Source of the DNA: Tubiluchus corallicola
Lineage: Eukaryota > Animalia > Priapulida
NCBI GenBank assembly: GCA_030141605.1
Contig: JAQGDQ010000346.1
Span: forward strand, 101,742 to 165,741
DNA length: 64,000 nt
Reading direction: 5' to 3'
In this document: positions 25,374-39,140 of the stretch, in pieces
Position numbering within the stretch: position 1 is the first letter of the stretch
Layout of the letters: each line of letters begins with the position of its first letter
Notes under the pieces: generated by a model
What the model was told of the DNA's origin: nothing
Database searches by the model: none
The model's input: only the letters and a program-made list of their open reading frames with translations
Translations under genes and position numbers: made by a program

Positions 25374-27109
25374 AACTTAATTAAGTCATTAAGTCTTTAA
25401 TTTTTTCCAAAAACTTTTTAAGCCCCATATTAATAAATCATCTTTTGCAACGTAGTAAATGCAGCAGCTTTCTTTCGAAACAAAAAAATAGTATAATAAA
25501 AGCGGTACTATCTAAATAGCTTTAGATAACTGAACTGAACTAGAGCTAAACACACGTATAGGCAAAGTTCAAAATTGCAATTATTGGAAAATTACGTTTG
25601 CGAAAAATACCCGTTTCTGCAAGGATGCAAGGATACAATAACATTTATGTTCTTATAACTGAATTAGTAAAATAATTAAATTACATATACTACCAGCAGC
25701 AAGAATTATAACCTCTTATTACTAGTAAATTAGATATACATACATTGTTTTCTTGAACTTGTATTCACTTATTCAACTTGTCACTGTAACCCTTGCTTTA
25801 ACTGGACATGTTTGGAGCAATTTATATAAAAATTCTGAAATTTTTGTAATTATCTTGACATTGTTTATGCCTGTAAACACTGTAAGTCTGTGATTTTGTA
25901 TTTAAACTGTATATAATAAAACGTAAAAATCACTAGTACAACAAAGCATATTATTACTTTATGATGACTTGAGTTTTTTCTGCATTATAGAATATAATAG
26001 AATAATTTAAATAATAACAACCCGTCAATGAATTATTACAATCATAGCCAAACGTACATACTGCAGTCGACACAATACATTGACACACGACAATTATTTG
26101 TGAAGGTTGTCGTAAAGAGGAACAAGGAGAGAGTGTTTTCTAATCAAACTCCTACAAGGGAGTACCATAATTGACAATACTACTCTAAAAATGTATTTGT
26201 GATCGGGAAACTTGTGAAATTTAAAGTACAATTGCTACATCACACTGGTTTTACAATATTTTTTGCAATAGGTAAACACTTGAACATTTAGAACTACTAA
26301 AAAACTCTGAAGACACTATTCTCAGACAGTATCAATAATTCTTAAAATAGTTATATCTATAACACATTTGCTGAACAGAATGGGAATAACTATCAAATAG
26401 TATTTGTTTAACAGATTTTTTTAAAAAAATATTTAAATTACGCAGTTTAAATTTTTCACAGGTGTTCAACTAAAGTTTTATTGCATTATTATTTAGTTGT
26501 TTGGTAAAATAATTTATTCGTGGCATAAAATAGATGCATATATGGTGTAGTGATCAGGAGTATGGAGAGCTGGCGTAAAGGATTCAAAAAATGCAGGATA
26601 TAATTTTTCGTAATGAAAGTTGTAAACAAACATAAAGGAGCACAAATCGTATATGCTTACATATTACATTAGTTTCACGATAGTAAGGAGCTGAATGGAT
26701 TATTTTAGGCATTTCATTTTGAACTTTCGAGCTCAACTAAACTAGAATTATAACCTGCACTGTGTGCCATACCAGTTTCTTAATTTATTTTTAACTGTAG
26801 GTAAGCGTAAATAAAATAGAAATTTTGAAAATATTTTTAACCAAAATGTCCTAAAACTGATAACCGTAAAGCAGCACATTGCCCCAAATGTTTAACTGTT
26901 GACTGTTGTTCAAAAAATATACTGTAGTCCTGTAAGCCTGATGCGTTATTGCTGTTGCTGCTTTTTGTCGCTGTGAATAAAACTAATAGTTGAAACAGTG
27001 AGCTAATCAGTCGCTAATCAGCGCTAAACTACAAGATAAATTTAGTAATCATACTACATGCCTATATGTAGGCGCCAAGAAAATAATAATGATGTTGTTA
27101 ATGGTGATG

Positions 27110-27380
27110 ATGATAACAATAAGAGCCATTATTTAAAGTCTGCTTTAAATTCCACATACAACGCAGGCCTGCCATGCAGCTTTTATCCGCCGACTGTAAA
27201 TAACGACACCTACATAACATTACCCAGGCAGCTTTTGCCTTAAGTATCCCGTGCTAGGCAAGACAACTAAAGGTACCATATTTTTATAATGTCATTGGTA
27301 TTGCCTGGCCGCGGTATTGAACTCTCGAATTCTCAGGCAGAAAGCAAACCCAGACTTATCTATTACACTATATCGTCTGG
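27110..27380 (-). mobile_element. tRNA-derived SINE relic (Meta-domain-like core)
   Basis: Minus strand has an A-box-like tagtgtaatag and B-box gagttcaatacc, then ccaatgacattataaaaatatggtacc...cctagcacgggatacttaagg resembling the MetaSINE core, ending in a short-repeat tail. Confidence 0.5.
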
Positions 27381-27419
27381 TACCAAACTTAGTAATAGTA
27401 ATACGTAATAAATATAAAT

Positions 27420-27790
27420 ATAATTTTGATATTAAATAAATAAATAATAATTTTATTGCCTAAAATCTATATAAATATGCTCTTTGGCGTACAAAGCATT
27501 TACCAGTAAGCAACGAATAAAATTTTAAAAAGCATAATTGCGTACAAACTAAAAAAAATAACCCTGCTATATTACACACACATAGATTAAAATAACAAAA
27601 ACTTAAAAAGTTTCTAAAAATAAAAATGTTTTAATTTGATGTTTAAACAGCAATACTTTGGGAGTTTTTGACTTCATCTGAAAGAAGCATTCCCTAAACG
27701 AGAGACAGCACTGGAAAAAGATCTATCTCCAGTTGAAACAAGATTAATTCGAGGTTGTACTATAAGTATCAGATGATTTTAGTCGCCTGG
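27420..27790 (-). mobile_element. L2-type LINE 3' end relic
   Basis: Frameshifted GDRSFSSAVSRLGNA/DEVKNSQSIAV/KHQIKTFLF matches the L2 ORF2 end, followed by a short 3' UTR and an (ATT)n tail. Confidence 0.65.
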
Positions 27791-28639
27791 GTGGTGTGTA
27801 CGTTTGTAAAAGCTCATGCAAATAACTGCAATGTCAGTGGATGTTCTAAAACGCAGATTTTTTACGCTGTTAAACATGTAACTATTGTTATTCTTTTGAC
27901 AACTCATAGGTCTTGGATACCAGCAGTCTATTGTTAATTTCTGCCTGGTTTTTGTTGCTACATGTGGTTGAGATTCTACAAGTCACTGCAAATCTATGTG
28001 TTTACAAATACTTTGTCACTATAACACACCTTGTCCTATAACCAGACTACAGCCTAGCTATTCAAATGAAACGCTGACCCTTCCCTCTGCTTAGTCGAAG
28101 TTCGCCTAGTTCAAAGGGGGAAATTTAACGTGTGTAGTTGCAGCGTGGCTTTCTTGTAACTATAAACACTTACTCGCCATCCCCATGAGTTAAATGGTTT
28201 AACCCCGCAGGTCCTACAAAAATGTACAGTACAATGAAACCTGTTTATTCTGACTTAGGCTGTATAGCTCTGGTGTGATGTGTATGGCTCTGGTGTGTTA
28301 TTAAACTGCAAATAAGATTCATTTATTCATATACATGAGCTAATGACGTCAGTTTTCGTATTTGTATCGCAGGTATGTGCTAAAATTTGTCAACGTATTT
28401 AAAAATCAAGTCGAAACAATTTCAGAAGTTATCTTTTAAACCAATTGCACATTACTCAACGGAAGTGCATTAGAAGCATGTTAAATAGTACGATTTAAGG
28501 ATTTAATTTACACATGTTAACTGTAAATTCATCTATATGTATTCCTAGTGAATGAAAGTGAGAAAATATTAAAGTGACATGTTTACGTTGAATCATACAT
28601 TGCATTTACAATCGTTTTCACCGTTCTATGCACGACTAA

Positions 28640-29560
28640 AATTTATACGTAAATCCAGACATTTAATCTTACAAGTCACTGCCTATTAAGGCCAAATGAT
28701 TTTCGTAAAGTGTGCACTTAACAAAAATCTATACGGGTCATGTCATTATACAAGATTATTTTAAATTTTTTTACAAGATTACACAGTCATTGCTTGTAGA
28801 TTTCTTTTTGCCTCCTCAAGTAAGAGTTTTGTATAAAACGAGCAAGACTTCTAGTTAAAACATCTGTATTCATAACGAAAGCAAGTTTTTCAGTATTCAC
28901 CAGTTGCATGAAATTTTTTTTAATGTGAAAACATTTTTGAAATAAATCCTTTCTTGGGCGTTATAAAACGGGCTAGTACTCAAGCTGGGAAGTTTTCCAA
29001 CCTCATCTAAATAATTTGTTGTATAATCTACGATTATTGTTGCGCCCTGCTTTTAACACAGGACTGTTGTAAACGAGCACTGTACTCAGTCAGGTTTAAA
29101 GATTTTTTTGCATGAGACTGGCCGATTCCATGCACTTGCTTTACAGGAACGAATATGTGTAATTTAGGCGAGATAGTAAACGAGATGAAGATATTTTTTC
29201 CTTTTTGAATGAGCTTTTTACAATTCATAAAGAAGTGAATTTATTTAAAAAATATTGTAACATTGAACGAAATTTCATGCAACTGTTGAATACTGAAAAC
29301 TTGCTTTATTATAAATAGAGATTTTTAACTAGAATCCTTGCTCGCTTTATACAAAATTCTTTCTTGAAAAGGCAAAATATTGTATAGTTTGTAACTTTTC
29401 CAGAATTGCTAAGTAATCTTGTACCATACGTATAATCATATGATCCGCATGAATTTTGCTACGTGCGTACACGCCTTGTCGAAAGCTGCATTAATTGTAG
29501 ACTCCCACATCTCATGATTAATTATAGTTAGGCCGTAAAATTTTAATGTCTAAATTTCTT
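28640..29560. mobile_element. Foldback/MITE-like element with long inverted arms
   Basis: 28805-28915 (tgtataaaacgagcaagacttctagttaaaa...cagtattcaccagttgcatgaaattt) is the reverse complement of 29271-29378. Weaker outer matches: 28721 vs 29415-29460 and 28658 vs 29531. Confidence 0.7.
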
Positions 29561-29839
29561 CTTCGACCCATCAGTGCGCATAGTTCATTTGTACACTAGG
29601 ACAGGGGTACAAGCCTGATAAACTGAATGTACAGTGACTTCTTTAGGCTACACTATACTTGTAAATCGTCCTTTATCAATGGGACCAAATTTAGGTCAGA
29701 ATTTGAAATTAGACAGGGCTTCGTGCAGTACTGCGCACATCACCAGTGTCACTGACAAGGTGGGAAAAGCGAAGTACTGTAGTTTCGTAAGCTTTGGCGA
29801 ACTCAAAAGGCTCTCAAAAGGAAAAAATGTAATAAAAGT

Positions 29840-29873
<34 letters not shown>

Positions 29874-30488
29874 TATAATATACTCCCGCGATTTACCTTT
29901 TTGTTGAAACCTACATCTAAATGTTAGACACGCCGTTTGTGAGAATGAGGGTCTTATTTATTAGTAATATAATGAGACATCTTGTCTTAGGCAATGTACA
30001 TTTACGATCATATGTGTGCCAGAATACATTTAATACTTCTCTTTTACTATTTGAGGAACTTTAATGTTTACACCTGATCGATGCTAAAAATTAATTTGCA
30101 CTCGCAATTACGTCTCTAAAATTGTAACATTGATGCTTGATTGTAGTACAGTATAGTGGGAAATACACTTTTTCTGTTTTTGGAGGAGCTTAGACCACAT
30201 ACAGTACGTAAGAGTACTTTTCTATGTATCTTTTATAATAATAAACGCTTGTTTTTCACCACTGTGTCCAACTACTTTAACTTCACTAGTTCTGCCATAT
30301 CTAATGTCAACGTTATAAAACATTTATACCTCCACTGGCTGCAATATCCATTTAAATATGGAGAAAGCGACTTTTACAGTCTGCAGTGATTGTATTGCTA
30401 CAAGTGCTTCATGTATGTGTTCTTTCATAATTTATTCTTCTATTTGAACAAAGCCCCTTTAATCGGTAATTTTTGTTTATTTTCTTAG

Positions 30489-33400
30489 ATTACAAACATT
30501 CTATAGCACTAACTGTTGGATCAACATTGCAAGTATTGGATGAACAGCACCGTGTGCCAGTAGTCTTGGTGTCTAAGCAACTGTCATGGCAGCCTTAACA
30601 TTAGAAGTCTCCTGAAACCCCTGATAGTGGCTGCGATTGAGTGTGATCGTATTTGCATCTTTTTTGATGCATATCATTGCTGAAGGTGTTACTTTGAAAT
30701 CTTTTTGTGGAATTTCTTCAACATTTTTATGGAACCTCATCACAGACTGCATGGATCAGCATCGTCTTATGCTTGGAACAGGTAATAATAAAATATAGCA
30801 AATTAACTTACATCCAGTACTAGAAGGAAAATATAGTTTGACCTGAAGACAGTAAGGCCAAGTTGGCCGGGTCACCTCGATGATTACCCAAAATTTCAAA
30901 TCATGTTCCCATACCTTCTAGGTTGTGGTGTGACATGCATCACCTGAATTTAGCAATTGCTTTTCTGTAAGACCTTTCTTGTTTACCAAAGCAATGTATT
31001 GCAATACAGCACATCCCTTAACTAATGTAGGTTGAGTCTATCATTTGTTGTTCATTATTCATTTCAAGAATGGATGGGCCTGCATTCATGCCAGCTAGTT
31101 ATTTAAACGTCAAATCAAGAATCTGATACATTCAGCTCTTATTTAGTCACTATCATTAGTTCAAAAACTCTGACATTTTTGAGGTGTGTGCGCATTAACT
31201 AACATGCTCAACTGATATTATGACAAAGAGTCTTAATTTTGCTGATGGTTAGGGGTGAGCATTCTCTACCAGAAAATGAACCGAACTTCAGTATTGAAAT
31301 TGATAAATTTTCGAATCACCAACAAAAATTTGGCTTATAGACATATTAGGGACTTTGTTGTGCATTAAAACTAATTTTGTTTAAAAATTGTGCGCAGAAA
31401 TCACAGCTAAATTATGCTAATTGCATGATGTTTCAAAAGTTTTAATGATAAAGAACGTGTGTGGTTGAAGTGCTGAATAATTCTAATCTATAGTTTTAGG
31501 TTTGATGCTTACCCCTACTGATGGTTTTAGTTAAGAAGAAATGAAACAATTACAAATTAGTTTACATTCTGCAGTTAATCATACATTCTGATTATTTAGG
31601 CAATTATAGTAATTAATTAATGATGCATTAATAATGGGTGGAAATCCATGTTGTAATTCATGTATTAACATGTTTGTTGGACAGCTAAAAGTGAGAGTCA
31701 TAAACTTCACCATTATATGTTTCAGGATCGAGTCCAAGTGCACTAACCGTCAAGTTTGGCTGTCGTATTGTTAGAATATTAGGAGGCAGCATGTGCTTTT
31801 GCCTTTCTTTGATTGTATTTTACCTGTGTGACAGGTAAGCCTTACATAGCTACCTAAATTTTTGAAATAACTAGTCCAAAAACAGAAATATTATCAAGGA
31901 GCTAGTATTAGTATTATTATTTATTATTAACAATTATAATCAGAGGTGCTGCTGCTTTTTTTCTGAGTGTTTTTGCCACAAGTGCTGCCTTTCTTAATTA
32001 AGTATATTGTAAATTAATATTATCATGAATAGTCAGAGTTTTGGAGTAATGTGTGGAACTTAGGATATAAGTTTTCTATAGTAATTTGTAAGACAACTAA
32101 AAAACTAAGTAATCATTCGTAATCTTTATGAACAATGTGCAAAATAACCAATCAGAATTAATTACTGATACGTAAAATAAAAAAATTGTACAAAACAAAT
32201 GTGCCCAGAGTTTTATGGCAGTGCAATTAATTTCACATTTGTCTAAAAATTTCTATTTTTAAATAATGTGTATTAATTATTTACCTACAAATTCATTCTT
32301 TTCTTGTAAATATGTTTATGGTCCATGGCTTTTTTTAATAATGCATTTAATGCTCTTTTATGTGTCGATCACGTATTTTAATACAGGTCAGGAATTATAC
32401 ATTTTTATGCTGCAGAAATTCAATAAATGTGTATGTGCGTGCATGCATGCGTATGTAGTTGTAAGTATATATGCACAGGCCTGCTAAGAAGTTTGTCTTA
32501 AACTATAACACACATTTCACACCTCTCATAATTGTTGTTTTTCAGGACTTGGACTTAGCCTAGATGACTTATTTCAAATGTTCTTGCTCTAAGTAAGCAG
32601 TTTGTCTAACCTAAAAGGTAGAGACTAATAACAGTTGGACCTATTATATGTTGCTATTGTTCTATGCATAACCAGAAAGAAAGCACCAGCCAAGTCAATG
32701 GCAGACTCGATTCTATTGTTGGCGTGACTATCAGCATTGGACCAGTGATATTGGGATACATATCTGATAGTAAGTTCAATTGTTAGTTCATTTGTCTACC
32801 ATACATTGTCTTCCTTCCAGATTTGTTCTTCATTTTTTATAAGTTAAGATGTTTCATAAGAATTGTTTGAAACAAATGATGCCCTTGTTTTTTGCTGATT
32901 TATTTGCTTTGTTTTGTTGTAAATGTAACTATTTTACTCAATAACTATTCTACAGTTTTCAGTACGATCTTTACCCATTGTTTTGTATTTAGTTTTTTTA
33001 GGGTTTAACAGAGACCATAGAGTGGGAATATCTGATTTGTGTCCTATTATTTGATAGGTTTTTTTGGGTGGGGAGGAGGATTTCATGAGTTAATGCATTT
33101 CTTTATTGACTCCCATGGCAGTGGCATCCTTAGTTGGGCATTATTCTTTTATGGATGTTTGAAGGTTAAACATCAAACTTGCTTAAATCTAACTTTGTAA
33201 TATATTCATTTGTTTATATCTAACGAGAGATTACAAAAAATACAAAAGTGATGCTCAGTCTGCCAAAGTATTCCAGTATTCCAGCGTTCCAGTACTGAAA
33301 AGAACATTTAGCTAAAGCTATAAATTTTTAGAAACGAACTGAATATTTTCTCATTGGAATACGTTTGACACTTTCATCTTGTTATGTGTCCTCAACCTTA

Positions 33401-33513
33401 CCTTACTGACCTCAACCTTACGGGTTGATCTCTTGGGCCTGGAAAGACTTAGTTCTTTTGAACTAGTATTGCTTTTTCAGGGTCTGGCTTCAGTCATAGG
33501 TCCTGCTCAGCTG
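30489..33513 (+). pseudogene. SLC16/monocarboxylate transporter (MFS) unprocessed pseudogene
   Basis: Exon relics: 30489-30781 (PETPDSG.../VIVFASFLMHIIAEGVT/FVEFLQHFYGTSSQTAWIS), 31726-31834 (SALTVKFGCRIVRILGG), 32546-32769 (GLGLSL...SIVGVTISIGPVILGYISD), ~33350-33513 (VDLLGLERLSSFELVLLFQGLASVIGP). Stops, frameshifts and deletions are present. Confidence 0.8.
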
Positions 33514-35158
33514 GTAAATAGCATGTGGCAAATGCTTTAAATGTGACCAGTCTCTGCATGTCAGAAGTACAAGAAGTATAGTACTTTTCGCATAAATGCT
33601 CGCATGCGTGCTAATTAAACTCTGTGATCAGTTGATGAGTTTATAGTTACAGAAGTCTTTTAAATTTAAATGTGATCGCGGCTTAGAACAGACATTTAGT
33701 CCAGGTACCTAGATGAACTTGTAATCAGTCTGGTAAGGTGATGTACCCTTGCCAACTTTATCTCCTGTAACCTAGCACAGACCACCTACCAAGCAATAGC
33801 TTTTACATTTAATGTTTAATGTAGTGTTTGTTTTATTTCTAGATTTTGGAGATTGGGAATCATAGAAGCTATTGCGACAACATCGAAGAAGTGCATTGGA
33901 ATATGGGCGAGGTTCTTAACACTCTGGATAAACTAAGAATAGAAAACAACATTATTGTTTACTTCTTGTTGATCAAGGTCATTGCGTAGAAAAGAGAGAG
34001 ACCTAGATGGGCATGGAGAAGGTGACTTGGATCAAGACTTTCAAGATAAGATAGTTTTAAAAATTTTCATTGCTAATTGTTTTGTAGTTGTAATTAACTT
34101 ATGAAGGTGTTGTGTCCTACTGTAAATAATTTATACTCTTTTATATATTTTGCTCATTGTTTGTTTTTGACAACTTATCTAATTATAATGACGAAGGCAG
34201 GTTGTTGTCATAGGAATGATAATTACAATTAAAATTCTTGGCTATTTTCCGTTTCGAAGCAGAATTAAATTATAGCAGCTCTGCAGATAATTTGCGGTTA
34301 AAATTGAAAATCTTTTGTGCAGCTGGCTACTATGTACAACTCAAGCAAATGCTTAATTCTTTGCCATGAAAATTAAACATAAAACCCACTTAAAGCAACT
34401 ATTTTAATTTACCAAAAACCGGTTTATAAGCTTTTTACAAAGGTCACTGTAAACGAAATTAGGTGTCTTTTCAAACGTTGGTAACTCTGCAATTGACAGT
34501 TAACCAATTGCACATTTTAATGTAAATTAAAAATTAAATTTGCTGAAGCATTTTGCATGTGAACAGTTGGTTTGTAGCTGTGTGAATTTGTGTGTGTGTG
34601 TGGGCATCAGAAGTTGGCTGTGGTGTACCAATTTTGTTTTCATTTTAACATGAAAAATACTTTGGAGTAACGACCATGTTTCTTTGGTCATGAGAACAGA
34701 ATCCCTGAAAGTTGAGACTAAGTTTCACATTAGGTACGTCATCGATGATAGTGATAGTGTAATGTCTGACTGACTGTACAATACTGACGTACAACATATC
34801 AAATCCAGTTAATTTTTAAATTTTGCGAAAAAATGTTTCCACTGGCGAATTTTCTAAGCCTTCTAGCAAGAATTCTAGACAATTTTGTTCATTTTATTAA
34901 CACTAGGGGCTCTCTCAAACCAGTGTTGGTGGTAAACTTCATAATTTCAATAGCAAACTAAGGAAAGTGCAGTTGCTTTTTAACCGGTTTCTGCAGCTTC
35001 AACAAATAGCTTCAAACAAAGTTATTTGCAGACGACAGATTTTTGCTCCCCTTTACCGCTGCCTCTTCCTTTTTCATCTAACTAAACATTGCTTACTGTC
35101 TCTTTTATTTGAACTTAGCTGGTTGGCAAGCTGGTGATCAGGTAACTATACTGTAGCA

Positions 35159-35540
35159 CCCTCATTAGCTGATTTTCTACTTCGTCCTAGTGACCATGTT
35201 GCAGAGCCCTCATTAGCTGATACTTCCTACTTCATGCTAATGATCATGTTGCAGAACTTCCATTAGCTGACAGTTCCTACTTTGCTCTAGTGACCATGTT
35301 GCAGGATTCCCATTAGATGACACTTCGTACTTCGTCCTAGTGACTATGTTGCAGGACTCCAATTAGCTGATACTTCCTACATCATGCTAGTGACCAAATT
35401 GCAGAGCCCCCACTAGGTGACACTTCATACTTCGTCCTAGTGACCATGTCACGGGATTCGTATTAGGTGATACTTCCTACTTCGTCCTACTGACCATGTT
35501 GCAGGACTGGATTAGGTGACACTTCCTACTTCTGTCTAGT
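35159..35540. repeat. ~49-bp minisatellite, ~8 copies
   Basis: Unit approximately cattagctgatacttcctacttcgtcctagtgaccatgttgcaggactcc, head to tail with no unique spacers. Confidence 0.9.
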
Positions 35541-37462
35541 AGTTATATAGGTTTGTCCTAATGCTGATGGCTATTAAATGTGAGTAAATAGGGTAAGATG
35601 CCCTCTTAAAGTAAAAAAGCTCATGCTTTGGGCTATTCGAATAAAGGGAAACGACAAATGTTAACAACACAGTGTTGCGTGCTGCATCAACTAACCACTG
35701 ACAATGAATACAAGTTCAATTACAGCACTTTTCCTGACCTCCCTATAGACAAGTGAGTCCCTTTCAGACATATATACTAGAAATAAAATAGTTGGTGCAA
35801 GAAATAAAAAATTGTGCTATTGTAAAATTGAATAATTACTATTTATGTGAAAGAAGATAAAAATTGCATTACACAAAACATCAGTTATACGTACATATTA
35901 ATCAATACATACACGTACAATACGTTACTCATGATTAAGTCAAATATGTTACCTTTTATTAACAATTTGAGCAACTCGTGACAGATCGGAATCACCACTT
36001 AAATTTAATTACACTCTTACTTTCTAACAAGGTGTTATCTTGAAATAATGCCATTTTCAATAAATGGCGCCATAAACAAGGCATCATTTTTACCTACTAA
36101 TTTTTGCAATGGAATATTGCAAGCAGCCTTCAACTTAGCTATAACAAGTCAAGGTCCCTCCATTTCCCTTCTTTTCCCTTACCGCCTCTGTTTCTTTCTC
36201 ACTATTTATCCTTTGCTGCTCTCTTCTCCCCTTTCTTTTCCTGTTATTTTCCTCTCATTTGTTATTACTCTATTCTTTCTCCATTTTTCTTCGTGTTTTT
36301 GTCCTATTCACTTCTCTTTTTTTCTCACTTTTTTTCTACTTGTTGTGCTTCTTTTTTACATTTGTTTGCAAATTATTGTTTCGTTTTTTTTGTACTGTTT
36401 AGTGAAAATTAACCTTCACGTTTTCAAATGTGCCAATTGTGAAGTTAAATATTATCAAATACTTGAAGAAAAATTGTTATATTACTTGAATCTTAGATCA
36501 TGATTTTTTGCGTGGTCTTGTCTAATTTGTTGATCATTTCCTTGTATTTTGTTTGTATTGTGTTTGGATAACATTTGGAACACCTGGTTTCATAGGCTGA
36601 CCTTTACAGCTCTCATACGTGACATTTATAATGCAATTATGAATAGGCATAACGTGTTTTTGTAAATTATGATCTTTGTACACATATCTTTTAAGCAACT
36701 GCAACATATATGTTATTCAGGATTATCTTTAACTTTGATGTTGCAAAAAAACTAATTTTACGAAAGTCACTAGAGCTGTTGTAACTGCTCCTGCAATAAC
36801 TCGAGTATTTTTTCAACTTGAATTTTAGAGATTATTACATCTTCTCTGATGAAAATGCTTTCTATTCACAGTGTGTCTCTACTATTATGTGTAAAGGAGA
36901 TAAGTGGGAGTTAGAGGTACTTGGGAATTTTAGACGGGTAAGGAAGCTGGAGTTGCAGGCATATGGGAATTTTAGATGGATCGTTTGTTTCATTAGTTGT
37001 TTTTCAATACTAACAAGCAGCGAAACATTAACTTTAAATAGGAAGCATTGTCATCATGTAAGATGTATGTTGTCAGAAATTAATATCAAATCACGTTATC
37101 TAAAAATATGATCATTACTGATTTTTCAGTTGTACGATTGTCCGTTTGATATTTGCTTGTTTTTGGAAAGATTTCAATTCACCTTTGTTTATTTATGTTG
37201 ATCATGATGTGTGCATGAAATCACGTTTATCATTAAATTGGTGATTGTCTTTAATAGTTTTCCTGTTTAGCCATTCCCCGAGTCAATAATTACACAATAA
37301 GAGGAAGCTTTGACCATAATGTCTTTGTTAGCGTGTTTGATTTATGTTCATGGCGAACTGAAGAAACAAATTCTTCTGCCTGTCGGTTACTTGTAAATTC
37401 TCTTTCTCTGTCTCGTTTTGTCTGCTCCACCTTTCATTCCTGTTGTTCGCCTTTGTAATTGT

Positions 37463-37755
37463 GAACCACTACAATTCCACCCTTCTGAACTACTATAATT
37501 CCACCCTTCTGAACCACTATAATTGCACACTTCTGAGCCACTATAATTGCACACTTCTATAATTTCACCTTCCTGAACCATTATAATTCCACCCTCCTGA
37601 ACTACTATAATTTCACGCTTTTGAACTACTAAAATCCCACACCTCTGAACAACTATAAATCCACCCTTCTGAACAACTATAACTGTACTCTTTTGAACTA
37701 CTATAATTCCATCCTTTTGAACCACTATAATACCACCCTTCTGAACCATTATAAT
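37463..37755. repeat. 24-bp minisatellite, ~12 copies
   Basis: Unit gaaccactataattccacccttct; it produces the IIVVQKGG repeat ORF on the minus strand. Confidence 0.9.
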
Positions 37756-38589
37756 TCTTTCCTCGTTTACCACTTTATTTATACTGTAAGCAGGGTCAAA
37801 TGCCACCTAGAATTCAAATATGTCTAGTGTGAACATGCTAAAACCTATATGAAGTTGTCTCTACATACACGACATTGTTAGTCACAATATCTTTCGTTTT
37901 AGAGTTTTCTTATATATTTAAAAAAAAAAGAAGAAAGAGAACAAAGGCAAAAAAAGAAAAGAAAAATTCCATAAAAGAAAATGTCAAACCAATTGCCAAA
38001 AATATATCATACACAAAACTGGGTTCTTCTGTGGGCTTGGCTGCTTTCTGAAGCCACCACACATGGGTGCATTCATGGTTGTGTGTAGATTTTGCAGTGG
38101 GATTTGGGGCTAGAAATTATTTGAATGGAGTAAAAGTTATACCCTCTCAGATCTCACCAGGTATGACCTGATAAAGTAAATAAAGCACTGTTTAACAGAA
38201 AATGAACTTATTTTACTTTAAGCACTGTTGAAGATGAAATGAACTTTCTTTTTCAGTAATTGAAAGTTTACCCAGAAGGTAGGCTCAACGACACACGAGC
38301 AGTTTGCAGAGGTTGTCACTTTTTTTCTAATTCTGTAAATCAAGATTTTATTTTTAGCCATCGTTATATCAATTGAACAATTTATCTGTCCAGTGAAGGT
38401 TTCTATCTCATATTATTTGTTTTTTTGTTGAGTACACCTGATTGTATCTGATGTTTATAATTATAGTCCAGTCACTTTTCATAGAAACTTTTTGCACAGT
38501 CATTCAAAGTTTTTTTTTGCAAACCAGACATGAAGTGTCTAAGCTTTGTGATTTGTTTGAAATATTGCTGTTAACTTTTTTAGATGTCA

Positions 38590-38950
38590 GTGATGATAGT
38601 GACGACAATGACGAAAATGATTATGGTGATTATGAAGAGAAACATGAAGATAATGCGGAGGATGATGATGGTGATGGCCAACAGCTGAAGAGAATGCATG
38701 ATGATGACCATTGTGGTGACTTGACTGCTTGTGGGTGGAGGAGGATTTGGGTAAGTCAGTTCACTTTTTTGCTAATGAAGGTATGCATTCTGGTCGAGCC
38801 TAGAATTGAGACACTCACATTGCATGTTTCCCATCAGAAACCACACTTGCCTCCTGTTAGGTTTGCCTCAAGGGTGACATTACTGATTGTATGAAGTTTA
38901 CTAACTGTGGAAAAGTGAAACTTGTGAGTCATCTTTGTAGCTCAATGCAA
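38590..38950 (+). repeat. Left arm of a diverged inverted duplication (partner 42150-42460)
   Basis: Shared core gctaatgaagg.atgca.tctg.tc.agcctagaa.tg.ga.actcacattgcatgttt.ccatcagaaaccacactt.cctcct, preceded by a GAT-rich tract in both copies. Confidence 0.8.
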
Positions 38951-38990
38951 TGGGAATCTTTCTTGAGTCAACATTTGGCTTTCTAATAAA

Positions 38991-39140
<150 letters not shown>

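Noticed and set aside
35159-35540. Regular repeat array superficially like CRISPR
   Set aside because: Units are contiguous with no unique spacers, there are no cas genes, and the context is eukaryotic.
36048-36503. 151-aa hydrophobic Phe/Leu-rich ORF resembling a membrane protein
   Set aside because: Product of a T/C-rich low-complexity tract.
37387-37806. 139-aa IIVVQKGG repeat ORF resembling a beta-helix protein
   Set aside because: Explained by a 24-bp minisatellite; the repeat frame shifts midway and there is no exon context.
38015-38110. FCGLGC...FMVVCRFC, PHD-finger-like spacing
   Set aside because: The His and final Cys ligands are missing and a stop follows; cannot be supported.
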